This document shows, in pieces, positions 1 through 9,587 of a stretch of 64,000 nt of DNA (positions are counted from its first letter, which is position 1; every line of letters starts with the position of its first letter). This stretch comes from an uncultured delta proteobacterium (GTDB lineage: Bacteria > Myxococcota > Myxococcia > SLRQ01). The DNA is taken from contig CAVSGM010000002.1 in assembly GCA_963727485.1 (NCBI GenBank), positions 896,001-960,000 of the forward strand. The letters are read 5' to 3'. The notes under the pieces are model-generated. The model made no database searches, was not told the DNA's origin, and worked only from the letters and a program-made list of their open reading frames with translations. The position numbers were made by a program, and so were the translations under genes.

Positions 1-1
1 C

Positions 2-1036
2 TCGTCCCTGGCCCGCATTGCGTGGCTCTTCCTCCCGCTCGGCCTGCTCGCCCTCACCGGCGGTCTCGTCGCCGCCGCGCACCACACCCCCGACGCCTGG
101 GCGGGGCTCGGCCTCGGCTCCCTGTTCACCGGCATCGCCGTCCTCTTCCTGCTCACCCGCCGCACCCTCGAGCTCGACCTCGAGGCCGGGACCTTCCGCT
201 ACGTCCGCGGGCTCCTGCGCCCGGTACGCACCGGGCGCCTCGCCGAGCTGGCCCGGGTGCGCATCCACGGGCGCACCGTCCCCGACGCCAACCTCGAGGA
301 GGTGGTGCACTACGCGGTCGAGCTCGAGCCTGGTTCCGGCGATCCCATCGGCGCCTACGACGTCGAGGATCCGGACGAGGCGGGGATGCACGGGGAGATC
401 CTCGCCCGCCGCCTGCGCCTGCCGCTCTCCGACGAGCGGGACGCCGTGCGGCCCGAGCTCCTCACCGCCGAGGCGGTCGACGCCCGGGTGGCGGCGCGCC
501 TCGCCACCGCGGCGGTGGGCGACCTGCCGGCACCGGCGACGGTCCGCGACGGCGACGGACGCCTGGTGCTCCCCCCGCCGGGGCTGGGGGTGCGGCTCTT
601 CGGCCTGGTGGCGGGCCTCGGGGTGCTCGGGGCCTTCCTGGTGGTGGCCCACGTGGTCGCCTCGTCCCAGGGGGCCCGGGTGGGCCTGGGGTTCGCCGCC
701 TACGCCCTGCCCTTCGACGTGGTGGTGCTGTGGCTCGGCAGCCGCCTGGTCGGCGGCGCCTTCGGCCGCGAGGAGATCGACGTGACCCCCGAGGGGGTGC
801 GCGTGCGCCACCGCCTCGGCGGCCTCGCCCTCGGCCGGCGGCGGGTGGAGCTGGAGCGCCTCACCGGGATCCACCTCGACGAGACCGGCGTGGTGCGCCT
901 CGAGACCGACGACACGGTGCTCGAGCTCGGCCGGGGCCTCGACGCCGTCGGGCGCCGGTGGCTCCTCTCGCGCCTCGGGGCGCTCCTCGGGGGCGCGGCG
1001 ACGGCGGCGGCAGCGGCGAGCCCCGGCGCCGCCTAG
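2..1036 (+). CDS. Hypothetical membrane protein, 5'-truncated by window edge
   Basis: The frame of ORF 257..1036 stays open back to position 2 with GC3-rich codons and hydrophobic segments (LARIAWLFLPLGLLALTGGLV...). Two further TM segments are followed by a small beta-rich domain. Confidence 0.6.
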   Translation, partial: SSLARIAWLFLPLGLLALTGGLVAAAHHTPDAWAGLGLGSLFTGIAVLFLLTRRTLELDLEAGTFRYVRGLLRPVRTGRLAELARVRIHGRTVPDANLEEVVHYAVELEPGSGDPIGAYDVEDPDEAGMHGEILARRLRLPLSDERDAVRPELLTAEAVDARVAARLATAAVGDLPAPATVRDGDGRLVLPPPGLGVRLFGLVAGLGVLGAFLVVAHVVASSQGARVGLGFAAYALPFDVVVLWLGSRLVGGAFGREEIDVTPEGVRVRHRLGGLALGRRRVELERLTGIHLDETGVVRLETDDTVLELGRGLDAVGRRWLLSRLGALLGGAATAAAAASPGAA

Positions 1037-1117
1037 CCCTTGGCGCGGCGACGGTCCGGCCCCGCGACCGGCGCGGCCCGGGGTTGCCATCGGCCGCAGG
1101 GGACCCACGCTGTGACC

Positions 1118-1333
1118 ATGCGTGCCCTGCGCATCACCCTCTACGTCCTGGGCATCGTCCTCGCCGTGGTCTACCTGCTGAACCTCGGCGGCGGGGTCGT
1201 CGAGCTCATCCCCGACAACCTCCCGGTGGTGGGCAACCTCGACGAGGCGGCGTTCGCGGGCCTGCTCCTGTGGTGCGTCCGCGGCCTCGCCCGGGAGCGC
1301 CGGAAGCAGCTGGCGGCCCCGCCGCCCCGGTGA
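1118..1333 (+). CDS. Small membrane protein, DUF1232/YkvA-like
   Basis: ATG at 1118. YLLN...ELIPDNLPVVGNLDE resembles the DUF1232 'DLIPDxIPxxGxLDD' motif between two TM helices. Confidence 0.7.
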   Translation: MRALRITLYVLGIVLAVVYLLNLGGGVVELIPDNLPVVGNLDEAAFAGLLLWCVRGLARERRKQLAAPPPR

Positions 1334-1421
1334 CCCGAAGCCGGACGGCCGGTCCGCGTCCCGGTCCGCCGGCCGGGGCCCGCCCGGGCGCAAGTGCCCG
1401 GATCCGCGCGATCGCCGTGGC

Positions 1422-1436
1422 TGGCACCGGCCTTGC
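1422..1436 (+). promoter_or_regulatory. sigma54 (-24/-12) promoter
   Basis: TGGCAC-cggcc-TTGC matches TGGCAC-N5-TTGC, about 65 bp upstream of the 1500 ORF. Confidence 0.7.
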
Positions 1437-1499
1437 CATGGCTCCGGGGACGCCGCACTTCGCGGCGTGATGTCCCCAACAACCGCACGGAGGTCCCTC

Positions 1500-1697
1500 A
1501 TGGACGACACCCCCCTCGAGGTCTGGTCGGTGCGCGACGCCAACGGCCAGGGCTCCAAGGCCTTCTGGAAGCACGTGGGCCGCGCGTTCTGGAACCGCGA
1601 CGGCTCCATCAACGTCCTCCTCGACGCCCTGCCCCTCACCGGCAAGCTGCAAATCCGCAAGCCCAAGGAGGAGGCGGCCCCCACCGCCGCCGCCTAG
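1500..1697 (+). CDS. Small (65 aa) beta-rich hypothetical protein, possible nucleic-acid-binding protein
   Basis: GGAGG RBS at 1489-1493 and ATG at 1500. Sequence FWKHVGRAFWNRDGSINVLLDALPLTGKLQIR is aromatic/basic with strongly coding-like codon use. Confidence 0.75.
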   Translation: MDDTPLEVWSVRDANGQGSKAFWKHVGRAFWNRDGSINVLLDALPLTGKLQIRKPKEEAAPTAAA

Positions 1698-1750
1698 GGC
1701 GACCCCGTCGTTCCCCGCGTTCCCTTCGTCCCTCTTTCCCAGGAGTCGAG

Positions 1751-2095
1751 ATGCCCTCGTTCCGTCGCACCCTCACCACTCTCCTCGCCACCCTCGCCTT
1801 CGCCGCCGGCGTCGGCTTCGCCCTGCCGGCCCACGCCTCGGGCAGCGGCGCCCACGGCCGCAGCCACCACACCTACACCGGCAAGGTGAACGTCAACGCC
1901 GCCTCGGAGACCCAGCTCACCGCCCTGCCGGGGATCGGGCCCGCCAAGGCCAAGCGCATCGTCGCCGCGCGCAAGCACCGGCGCTTCGCCCGGCCCCAGG
2001 ACCTGGTCCGGGTCAAGGGGATCGGCCCCAAGACCGTGCGCAAGCTGATGCCCTACCTGGCGGTGAGCGGGCCCACCAACTTCCGCGAGAAGTAG
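1751..2095 (+). CDS. comEA: ComEA-family helix-hairpin-helix DNA-binding protein with signal peptide
   Basis: AGGAG RBS at 1741 and a signal peptide. KVNVNAASETQLTALPGIGPAKA...DLVRVKGIGPKT is a tandem HhH. Confidence 0.85.
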   Translation: MPSFRRTLTTLLATLAFAAGVGFALPAHASGSGAHGRSHHTYTGKVNVNAASETQLTALPGIGPAKAKRIVAARKHRRFARPQDLVRVKGIGPKTVRKLMPYLAVSGPTNFREK

Positions 2096-2178
2096 CCTTC
2101 CTGCGGCCGGGGTCCGGGCCGGCCCGGGCCCCGAGCCGGGGCGTCGCCGCGCGCTGCGGCGTCCCGGCCGCGCCCCGC

Positions 2179-2207
2179 TTGACGGCCCCGGGGCCGGCGC
2201 GTAGCGT
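2179..2207 (+). promoter_or_regulatory. sigma70-type promoter of the B12 locus
   Basis: TTGACG-17 bp-TAGCGT directly upstream of the riboswitch. Confidence 0.6.
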
Positions 2208-2227
2208 GGCGCCATTCGAATACGTGT

Positions 2228-2410
2228 GCTGCAGGTGCCCTTGAGACGCGCGTCGCCTCGGGGTTGAAAGGGAAGCCGGTCGAAATCCGGCGCGGTCCCG
2301 CCACTGTAGCCGGGAAGTCCCACGTCACAGGCCACTCGCGAGAGCGGGGAAGGCGACGGGGGGCGCAGCGCCGCGAGGCGCGAGACCCGGGAGCCAGGAA
2401 ACCTGCCTGC
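2228..2410 (+). ncRNA. Cobalamin (B12) riboswitch
   Basis: Hallmarks in order: AGGTGC, AAAGGGAAGCCGGTcGAAATCCGGCGCGGTCCCGCCACTGT, GCCACT...GGGAAGGC, B12 box GAGCCAGGAAACCTGCC. Lies upstream of a TonB-dependent receptor. Confidence 0.95.
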
Positions 2411-2476
2411 GGCCTCCAAGACGGTCCCCACGGGCCGTCCTGGCCATCTCTTCGGTCGAAAGAGGGCAGGCCCCTG

Positions 2477-4540
2477 ATGCATCCGCTCCCCTGTTCGCCC
2501 GTGCCCGGCGACGGGTGCGGGACCCGCCGGCATCCCCCGCCGGTGGACGCCGCGCGCAAGGCGCGCGCAGCCGTGGGTGCGCGCGCGGCGCTGGCGGTGC
2601 TCGGCGCGATGGCCCTGACGGCCCTCCCCGCGTCGCCGGCCCGCGCCGGCGACGACGCCGGCCACGACGCCGGCCACGCGAACCGCGAGCCGCCCCCGAC
2701 GGTGAAGGGCACCCCGGTCACGGTGAAGACCCGGGCCCCGGTCGCCGGCGCCCAATCGCCGACGCGCTCGGGGACCACCGTGGACCTCACCGCGCCCACC
2801 GGCGTCCCCCTCGACCTCGCCGGCCCCCTGGCCCGGGTCCCCGAGGTCGCCCTCCACCGCTACGGCGCCCCCGGGAGCCTGACCACCGTGAGCCTCCGGG
2901 GCACCGCCTCGGACCAGTCGGTGGTCCGCCTCGGCGGGCTGCCCCTCACCCCCCCGGGGGGTGGGACCGTGGACCTCTCGCTGGTCCCCCCGGCGCTCCT
3001 CGGCAGCCTGCGGGTCACCCCCGGCGCCCAGGGGGCGCGGGCGGGCGCCGGGGCCCTGGGCGGGGTCGTCGATCTCGACCCCGTCGGCGCCCGGGGCGGC
3101 CCCGCCCTCTCGGCGAGCGTCACCGGGGGGAGCTTCGGCACCGCCGCCGCCGCGGTGCGCGGGCGCCTCGACGCCCCCACCAGCCGCCTCGCCGCCGCCG
3201 CCACCGTCCAGGCCAGCGCCGGCGACTTCTCCTTCCAGCGCAACCTCACCCCGGCGATCCCCGGGGGGCGCTGGGTCGACGAGACGCGCGCCGGCGCCGC
3301 CAGCCGCCTCGCCGCCGGCCTGGTCCACGCCGTCATGGACGTGCCCGGGGGCACGGTGGCCCTCACCGGCCTCGGCGCCGCCGCCCACCGGCAGGTCCCG
3401 GGGATGGTCGGCTTCCCCACCCCCGGGGCCACCGACGACACCTGGCGGGGCCTGGCGGGCGCCGTCTATCACGGCGCCCCCACCGGCCCCGCCGCCCTCC
3501 GCGTGAGCGCCCGGGGCTGGATGGGCGCCGACGGCGACGCCTACGACCCGGGCCCGACCCCGACCCCCGCCGCCGGGACCGCCGCGACCAGCGCCCGCAC
3601 CGCCGTGGGCGCCGCGGTGAGCGCCCGGGCCCTGGTCCTCGGCCAGGTGGCCGCCGCCCACCTCGAGGCCACCTTCGAGCACCTCGACACCCGGGTCGCC
3701 ACCGCCGAGCGTGCCTCGGCGGCGCTGGTGCTCACCGACACCGCCTGGCTCGCCGGCGACCGCCTCGCCGTCGACGGGGCCCTGCGCCTCGAGGCCTTCA
3801 CCGGCCACGGCCTGGAGGCGCTCCCCAGCCTCGGGGTGCGCGTCCGCCTGGGGCCAGGCCTGCGCCTCGAGGCCAACGCCGCCCGGGCGGTGCGGATGCC
3901 CACCCTCTACGAGCTCCACGCCGACACCGCCCTCATCCGCGCCAACCCCGACCTGGTGCCCGAGACGGCCTGGACCGGCGACCTCGCCGCCGTCCTCCAC
4001 GGCGCCGCCGGGCGGCTCCGGGTCGCGGTGTACGCGAGCCGAGAGCACCAGCTCATCGCCTACGAGCTCTACCCGCCGCTGCGCCTGAGCCCCGAGAACC
4101 TCCGGGACGCGCGGATCGTCGGGGTGGAGGTCGGCGGCCACCTGGCGCTCCCCCTCGGCTTCGCCCTCGACGGCGCCTACGCCTTCACCGGTGCCACCGT
4201 CCTCGGCGACGTCCCCAACGAGTCGGGGCGCGCGCTCCCGGGCCGCCCGCCCCACCGGGGGCTGGTGCGCCTCGCCTTCCACCGCGGCCGGATCGACGCC
4301 TTCATCCAGGGCGAGGCCCAGGCCGCCTACCCCCGAAACCGCGCCAACACCCGCTTCGTCCCCGCCCGCCTTCTTTTCGGCCTCGGCGCCCGGGTGCGGG
4401 TGTGGCGGGGCCTCACCGTGGCCGCCGAGGTGGACAACCTCTTCGACGACCAGCGCCTCCAGGACGTCTTCGGCTACCCGCTTCCCGGCCGCGGCGTCCG
4501 CATCTCCCTGCGCTACACCCTCCCAGGAGCCCAGCCTTGA
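2477..4540 (+). CDS. btuB: TonB-dependent outer-membrane receptor, BtuB-like (cobalamin); exact start uncertain
   Basis: Plug motifs VSLRGTASDQSVVRLGG and GAGALGGVV, NPDLVPE, and C-terminal VDNLFD...GYPLPGRGVRISLRY. Located behind the B12 riboswitch. Confidence 0.8.
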   Translation: MHPLPCSPVPGDGCGTRRHPPPVDAARKARAAVGARAALAVLGAMALTALPASPARAGDDAGHDAGHANREPPPTVKGTPVTVKTRAPVAGAQSPTRSGTTVDLTAPTGVPLDLAGPLARVPEVALHRYGAPGSLTTVSLRGTASDQSVVRLGGLPLTPPGGGTVDLSLVPPALLGSLRVTPGAQGARAGAGALGGVVDLDPVGARGGPALSASVTGGSFGTAAAAVRGRLDAPTSRLAAAATVQASAGDFSFQRNLTPAIPGGRWVDETRAGAASRLAAGLVHAVMDVPGGTVALTGLGAAAHRQVPGMVGFPTPGATDDTWRGLAGAVYHGAPTGPAALRVSARGWMGADGDAYDPGPTPTPAAGTAATSARTAVGAAVSARALVLGQVAAAHLEATFEHLDTRVATAERASAALVLTDTAWLAGDRLAVDGALRLEAFTGHGLEALPSLGVRVRLGPGLRLEANAARAVRMPTLYELHADTALIRANPDLVPETAWTGDLAAVLHGAAGRLRVAVYASREHQLIAYELYPPLRLSPENLRDARIVGVEVGGHLALPLGFALDGAYAFTGATVLGDVPNESGRALPGRPPHRGLVRLAFHRGRIDAFIQGEAQAAYPRNRANTRFVPARLLFGLGARVRVWRGLTVAAEVDNLFDDQRLQDVFGYPLPGRGVRISLRYTLPGAQP

Positions 4541-5715
4541 ACCGTCCGCAGCTTCGCGTCCCCGGCCTCGCCGCCCTCGTGGTCCCCGGCCTCGTCCTCC
4601 TCCTCGCCGCCGCCTGCGGCACCCCTCCGGCGACCGGGGGCGGCGACGGCGGCAGCGGCGACGGCGGCACCTCGCCCACCACCTGGAAGGTCGCCTCGGT
4701 CATCGACCTGGGCAGCGAGTGCACCAACGCCGGCTCGGTGGCGGTCACCGGCACCACCGCCTGGGTGGGGTGCACCGGCGACTACGCCCCCGGGGACGCG
4801 CGCCTGGCCGAGGTGGACCTCGGCACCGGCGCCGTGACCCGCTACCCCATCGCCGGCGCCCCGGGCCCCATCGCCATCGCCGGCAGCGGCGCCCACTACA
4901 CCGTCCTGGTGGGCGACCTCGCCGACGGACGCCTCACCGCCACCGACGTCACCGGCGCCACCGTGGCCACGCCCAGCGACCCGGTGACCCTCTGCCCCGC
5001 CGATCCCGCCAACAACATCTACGACTACCTCGCCGGCCTCGTCCCCGCCGGCAGCGGCGTGGCGCTGGCCAGCTGCTTCGCCACCGACAAGGTGATCCGC
5101 GTCGGCTGGAGCACCCAGGTGGCCGCGGGCAAGACCCGCCTGACCGCCACGGTGCAGGATCACGTGACCGTGGGCGACGGCCCCGGCGACCTGGCGTCCA
5201 TGGGCGGCACCGACGCCCTGGTCCTCGACGGTCTGGCGGCGACGGCGAGCGTGGTCCACGCGGGCACGGCCCTCACCGCCGACGTCGACCGCTACCAGAC
5301 CAGCGACACGCCCAACGCCGTGCGGGTGGACGGCAGCACCGCGTTCGTGGCCAACTCCACGGCCAACACCCTCCTCGCCCTCGACCTCACCTCGGCCAAG
5401 CCCCTCTTCGAGACCCCCACCGGGGACAACTCCAACCCCTGGTCGGTGGCCCTCTCGGGGGGCCAGGCCCTGGTCTCCCTCAACGTCGCCAACGCCGTCG
5501 CCGTGATCGACACCACCACCGGCCACCTGGACCAGACCCTGGCCCTGCCCACCGGCGCCGACCTCAAGCCGTTCCCGGGGAAGACGCCGCTGGGCCGGCC
5601 CCAGGGGATCGCCGCCACCACGGACGGGAAGGTGGTGGTGGCCATGACCAACCTCGACCAGAGCTACGCCGCCGCCGGCGACGGGCTGCTGGTGGTCCTG
5701 GCGCCGGCGAGGTGA
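4537..5715 (+). CDS. YncE/YVTN-like beta-propeller lipoprotein (candidate BtuG analogue), copy 1
   Basis: TTG start overlaps the receptor stop, with AGGAG RBS. Lipobox LAAAC, DGG linker, blade repeats (VGDGPGDL, TPNAVRV, AFVANS, NPWSVAL, VAVIDT). Confidence 0.75.
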   Translation: MNRPQLRVPGLAALVVPGLVLLLAAACGTPPATGGGDGGSGDGGTSPTTWKVASVIDLGSECTNAGSVAVTGTTAWVGCTGDYAPGDARLAEVDLGTGAVTRYPIAGAPGPIAIAGSGAHYTVLVGDLADGRLTATDVTGATVATPSDPVTLCPADPANNIYDYLAGLVPAGSGVALASCFATDKVIRVGWSTQVAAGKTRLTATVQDHVTVGDGPGDLASMGGTDALVLDGLAATASVVHAGTALTADVDRYQTSDTPNAVRVDGSTAFVANSTANTLLALDLTSAKPLFETPTGDNSNPWSVALSGGQALVSLNVANAVAVIDTTTGHLDQTLALPTGADLKPFPGKTPLGRPQGIAATTDGKVVVAMTNLDQSYAAAGDGLLVVLAPAR

Positions 5716-5821
5716 CACCGGCGGGGACGAGGCGCGGCCACCGGTCTATGCTCTAGGGTCAGCACCGAGGTCACCGCCGGTACCGCCTCGCCAGCCGATG
5801 CGGTACCCCAGGAGCCATCCC

Positions 5822-7072
5822 ATGATCCGATCCCCTCGTCCCAGGCTGCTCCTCGCCGCCCTCCTCCTCGCCGCCGGCTGCGCCGGGACCCACCCCGGTG
5901 GCACCGATGGCGGCGGCGCCGGCGAGGGCGGCACCTCCTCCAACTGGCACTGGACGGTCGCCCGCACCTTCGACCTGGGCAGCGACTGCACCAACGCCGG
6001 CGCGGCCACCATGGGCGGCGTCTACGCCTGGGTGACCTGCACCGGCGACTACGTCGAGGGCCACGGCCGGCTGGTGCGGTTCTACTTCAACAACTACACC
6101 CGCCACTCCTACCCCGTCCCCGGCGCCCCGGGCCCGGTGGCGGTCGCCGGGGACAGCACCGGCATCTACACCATGTACGTCGGTGACCTCGCCGACGGCC
6201 GGGTCACCGCCATGGCGGTCCATGACCCCGTGTTCGGGGGCGCCAGCGACCCGGTGATGCCCTGCCCCTCGGACCCGGGGAAGAACCTCTACGACTTCAT
6301 CGGCGGCCTCGGTCCGGTCAAGCCCGTCTCCGCCACCTCCTTCACGCCCGCGAGCTACAGCGAGCTGCTGGTGAGCTGCGCCGCCACCAACCAGGTGGTG
6401 CGCCTCAACGTCTCCGCCTCCTTCAGCAGCAGCGGCAAGACGGTGCTCACCGCCTCCGTCAAGGACCGCATCGCCGTGGGCGCCGCGCCGGGGGACATGG
6501 CCAAGACCACCCTCACCAACCCCCTCACCCAACAGCCTCCCCCCAACAACGACTACATCGTCCTCGATCGGCAGGGCGCCGCGGGGAGCCTGGTCCACGC
6601 CGACGACACCCTCAGCGCCGACGTGGACCGCTACCCGGCCGGCGACACCCCCAACGCGGTGCGGGTCTCCGACGGCATCGCCTACGTGGTCGACTCCGGG
6701 TCCAACAGCCTCCGGGCCTTCTCCCTCGCCGACGGCAAGCCCCTCTTCGAGTCGTCCACCGGCGCCGGCACCCGGCCCTGGTCGCTGGCGGTCACCCGCG
6801 GCAAGGGCGAGGTGCTGGTCACCCTGAGCGGCACCAACGAGGTCGCGGTCTTCGACGCCAGCAGCGGCAAGCTGTTGCAGCGCCTCGCCCTGCCCACGGG
6901 CGCCGCCCTTCACCCCTGGCCGGGGAAGACGGTGGTGGCGCAGCCCAAGGGCATCGTGGTGACCGGAGGCGGAGGCTTCGGGGCGATGGTGGGGGTGATC
7001 ATGAGCAACCTCGACATCGACGGCCAGCCCGCGGGCGACGGGCAGCTCGTGCTCCTCGAGGAGGTGCGTTGA
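5822..7072 (+). CDS. Beta-propeller lipoprotein, paralogue of 4537..5715 (copy 2)
   Basis: AGGAG RBS and lipobox LAAGC. Shares DLGSxCTNAG, WVxCTGDY, PGAPGP, YD[YF], DVDRY..DTPNAVRV, KPLFE, LALPTGA and GDG.LV motifs with copy 1. Confidence 0.75.
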   Translation: MIRSPRPRLLLAALLLAAGCAGTHPGGTDGGGAGEGGTSSNWHWTVARTFDLGSDCTNAGAATMGGVYAWVTCTGDYVEGHGRLVRFYFNNYTRHSYPVPGAPGPVAVAGDSTGIYTMYVGDLADGRVTAMAVHDPVFGGASDPVMPCPSDPGKNLYDFIGGLGPVKPVSATSFTPASYSELLVSCAATNQVVRLNVSASFSSSGKTVLTASVKDRIAVGAAPGDMAKTTLTNPLTQQPPPNNDYIVLDRQGAAGSLVHADDTLSADVDRYPAGDTPNAVRVSDGIAYVVDSGSNSLRAFSLADGKPLFESSTGAGTRPWSLAVTRGKGEVLVTLSGTNEVAVFDASSGKLLQRLALPTGAALHPWPGKTVVAQPKGIVVTGGGGFGAMVGVIMSNLDIDGQPAGDGQLVLLEEVR

Positions 7073-8029
7073 CCCGGAGGGACGCCAGGCGCGCCGGGCC
7101 CTGGCGCCGGCTGCCGGCCCTGTTGGCGCTTGCCTGCCTGGGGGCGGGGGCGCGGCCCTCGGTCTACCCCCTGGGCCCGGTGCCCACCGCCCCGGCCCGG
7201 CGGGTGGTCACCCTGGCCCCGAGCCTCACCGACACGGTGCTCGCCCTCGGCGGCGCCAGGCGCCTGGTGGGCGTCACCCGCTACGACACCGCCCCGGCGG
7301 TGAAGAAGCTCCCCCGGGTGGGCGGCTACCTCGACCCCAACCTCGAGGCCATCCTCGGGCTCAAGCCCGACCTGGTGATTCTGCCAGCCCAGCCCGGGGA
7401 ACCAGGGGGTGGTCGAGCGCCTCGCCGCGCTGAAGGTGCCGGTCCTGGTGGTGCGCGCCCACACCCTGGAGCAGGTGGAGGCGATGATCCGCGCGGTGGG
7501 CGCGCGCCTGGGCGTGAAGGACCGCGCGGCGAAGGTGGTCGCCCGCCTCGAGGCGCGCCTCGCCCGGGTGCGCAAGGCGGCGAAGGGCCTCCCCCGGCCC
7601 CGGACCCTCCTGGTCTACGGCCACCACCCCCTGGTGGTCGCCGGCCCCGGGACCTACGGCGACGAGCTCCTGCGCCTCGCCGGGGGACGCAACGTGGTCC
7701 AGGGCGCGGTGACCCCCTACCCCACCTGGCCCCTGGAGCAGGTGATCGCCGCCGACCCCGACGTCATCGTCGACATGGTGGTCGGCGAGGGGAGCGCCCG
7801 GCCTCCGGACTACGCGGCGATGGGCTCCCTCTCGGCGGTGCGCCACCACCGGGTGTTCCACCTCGACGACCCGGCGCTCCAGCACCCCGGGCCCGCCCTC
7901 GGCGACGGGGTGGCGGCGCTCTTCCGGGCGTTGCACCCGAAGCACGGAGGTCGCCTCGCGGGGACGCCCGCCCCGGTCCCGGCGCCTGACGGCGGGACGC
8001 ACGGCGCCGACGGAGGCACGGCCCCATGA
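7069..8029 (+). CDS. btuF: Periplasmic cobalamin-binding protein BtuF-like (apparent +1 frameshift at ~7380)
   Basis: RVVTLAPSLTD...VGGYLDPNLEAILGLKPDLV in one frame, and ELLRLAGGRN...EQVIAADPDVI...HPGP in the next. Deleting one base at 7380 joins them. Confidence 0.8.
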
Positions 8030-9114
8030 GCACCGGTCGCCTCACCGCCGGCCGCTGGCTGGTCGCCATGGGCGCCCTCACCCTCGTGGGCGCGGGCACC
8101 GTGGTCCTCGCGGCGTCGGTGGGCATCGAGCCCCTCCACCTCGCCCGCGCCCTGGCCGCCGGGACCCGCGACCACGTGATCCTCTTCCAGGTGCGCCTCC
8201 CGCGGATCGTCCTGGGGCTCCTGGTGGGCGCGGCCCTCGGCGCGTCCGGCGCCACCCTCCAGGCGATCCTCCGCAACCCCCTGGCCGACCCGTACATCCT
8301 CGGGGTCAGCGGCGGCGCCGCCCTCGGGGGCACCCTGGCCCTGTCCGCCGGGGCGGCGCTGGCGGCGGTGGCCCGGAGCGGGAGCGCCCTGGCCGGGGTG
8401 GCCCGGTGGGCCCTGGGCCCGGGGGGCCACCTGGGGACGGTGCCGGTGACCCTCGCCGCCTGCGCCGGCGCGCTCCTCGCCGTGGGCCTCACCGTCGCCG
8501 TGGCCCGGGGCGCCGGCGGCCTCCACCCCCACAGCCTCCTGCTCAGCGGGGTGGTGTTCAACGCCTTCGCCGCGGCGGTGATCCTCTTCCTGCGCACGGT
8601 GGTCACCGAGGAGAAGGCCCAGGAGCTCCTCTACTGGCTCATGGGCACGCTGGGCTACCGGCCCTGGCACGACCTGGCGGTGATGGCGGCGCTGGTGGCG
8701 CTGGGCACGGCGCTGCTGGTCGCCTGGTCCGGGCGCCTCAACCTCCTCGCCGTGGGCGACGCCGGGGCCCACGTCCTCGGCATCGACGTCGACCGCACCC
8801 GCCTGCTCCTGGTCATCGCCAGCTCCCTGGTGGTGGGCGTGGCGGTGAGCCTCGCGGGGCTGGTGGGCTTCGTGGGCCTGATGGTGCCCCACATCCTCCG
8901 GCTCCTCCTCGGCCCCGACCACCGGCTCCTGGTCCCGGCCTCGGCCCTCGGCGGGGCGGCGTTCCTGGTGGCCTCGGACCTGGTGGCACGCCTGCTCTTC
9001 CGGGCGCTGGGCACCGAGCCCCCGGTGGGGGTGGTCACCGCCTTCCTCGGGGGCCCGTTCTTCCTCTGGCTCATGTCGCGGCGCCCGGTCGCGGGTGGCG
9101 GCGGAGCCGTGTAG
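8026..9114 (+). CDS. btuC: FecCD/BtuC-family ABC permease
   Basis: VRLPRIVL, LQAILRNPLADPYILGVSGGA, GFVGLMVPH and PVGVVTAFLGGPFF motifs. Confidence 0.9.
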   Translation: MSTGRLTAGRWLVAMGALTLVGAGTVVLAASVGIEPLHLARALAAGTRDHVILFQVRLPRIVLGLLVGAALGASGATLQAILRNPLADPYILGVSGGAALGGTLALSAGAALAAVARSGSALAGVARWALGPGGHLGTVPVTLAACAGALLAVGLTVAVARGAGGLHPHSLLLSGVVFNAFAAAVILFLRTVVTEEKAQELLYWLMGTLGYRPWHDLAVMAALVALGTALLVAWSGRLNLLAVGDAGAHVLGIDVDRTRLLLVIASSLVVGVAVSLAGLVGFVGLMVPHILRLLLGPDHRLLVPASALGGAAFLVASDLVARLLFRALGTEPPVGVVTAFLGGPFFLWLMSRRPVAGGGGAV

Positions 9115-9124
9115 AGTTCCGTCC

Positions 9125-9587
9125 ATGCTCCGACGCGCCTCCCTCCTCGTCCTCGCGGCCGCCCTCCTCGCCTGCCCCTCGAAGGTGCCCAAGGGCCTGG
9201 ACCCCGGCGCCTTCGTCCGCATCGACTCCCTGGGCCACCCGGTGGTCGAGGTCACCCGGGTCGAGGACGGGGTCCTGGTGTGCCGGCAGATCCCCAGCAT
9301 GATGCCGCGGCGGATCCCCCTCGATCAGAATCCACCACGTCGACCCGGTGAGCGCGGCCCTGGTGGCGCGGATGCGCAGCCTGTCCCACGCCAAGGGCGC
9401 GAGCGCGACGGTGCAGCGCCGGCTCCAGGCCATGGGCGACGACATGGCCCGCAGGACCCAGGAGATGCTGGAGGAGCAGAAGCGCCTCGAGACCAGCCCC
9501 ACCACGCCCCCGATGCCCCAGAACCTCGGGGACCCGTCCCTGGCGCCCCAGGGGCCCCCCGACTTCGACGACAACGGCGGGCCATGA
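9125..9587 (+). CDS. Hypothetical lipoprotein inside the btu ABC operon (apparent +1 frameshift at ~9330)
   Basis: MLRRASLLVLAAALLAC lipobox. Removing one base at 9329-9330 fuses it to ORF 9348..9587, whose stop overlaps the next ATG (ATGA). Confidence 0.6.
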
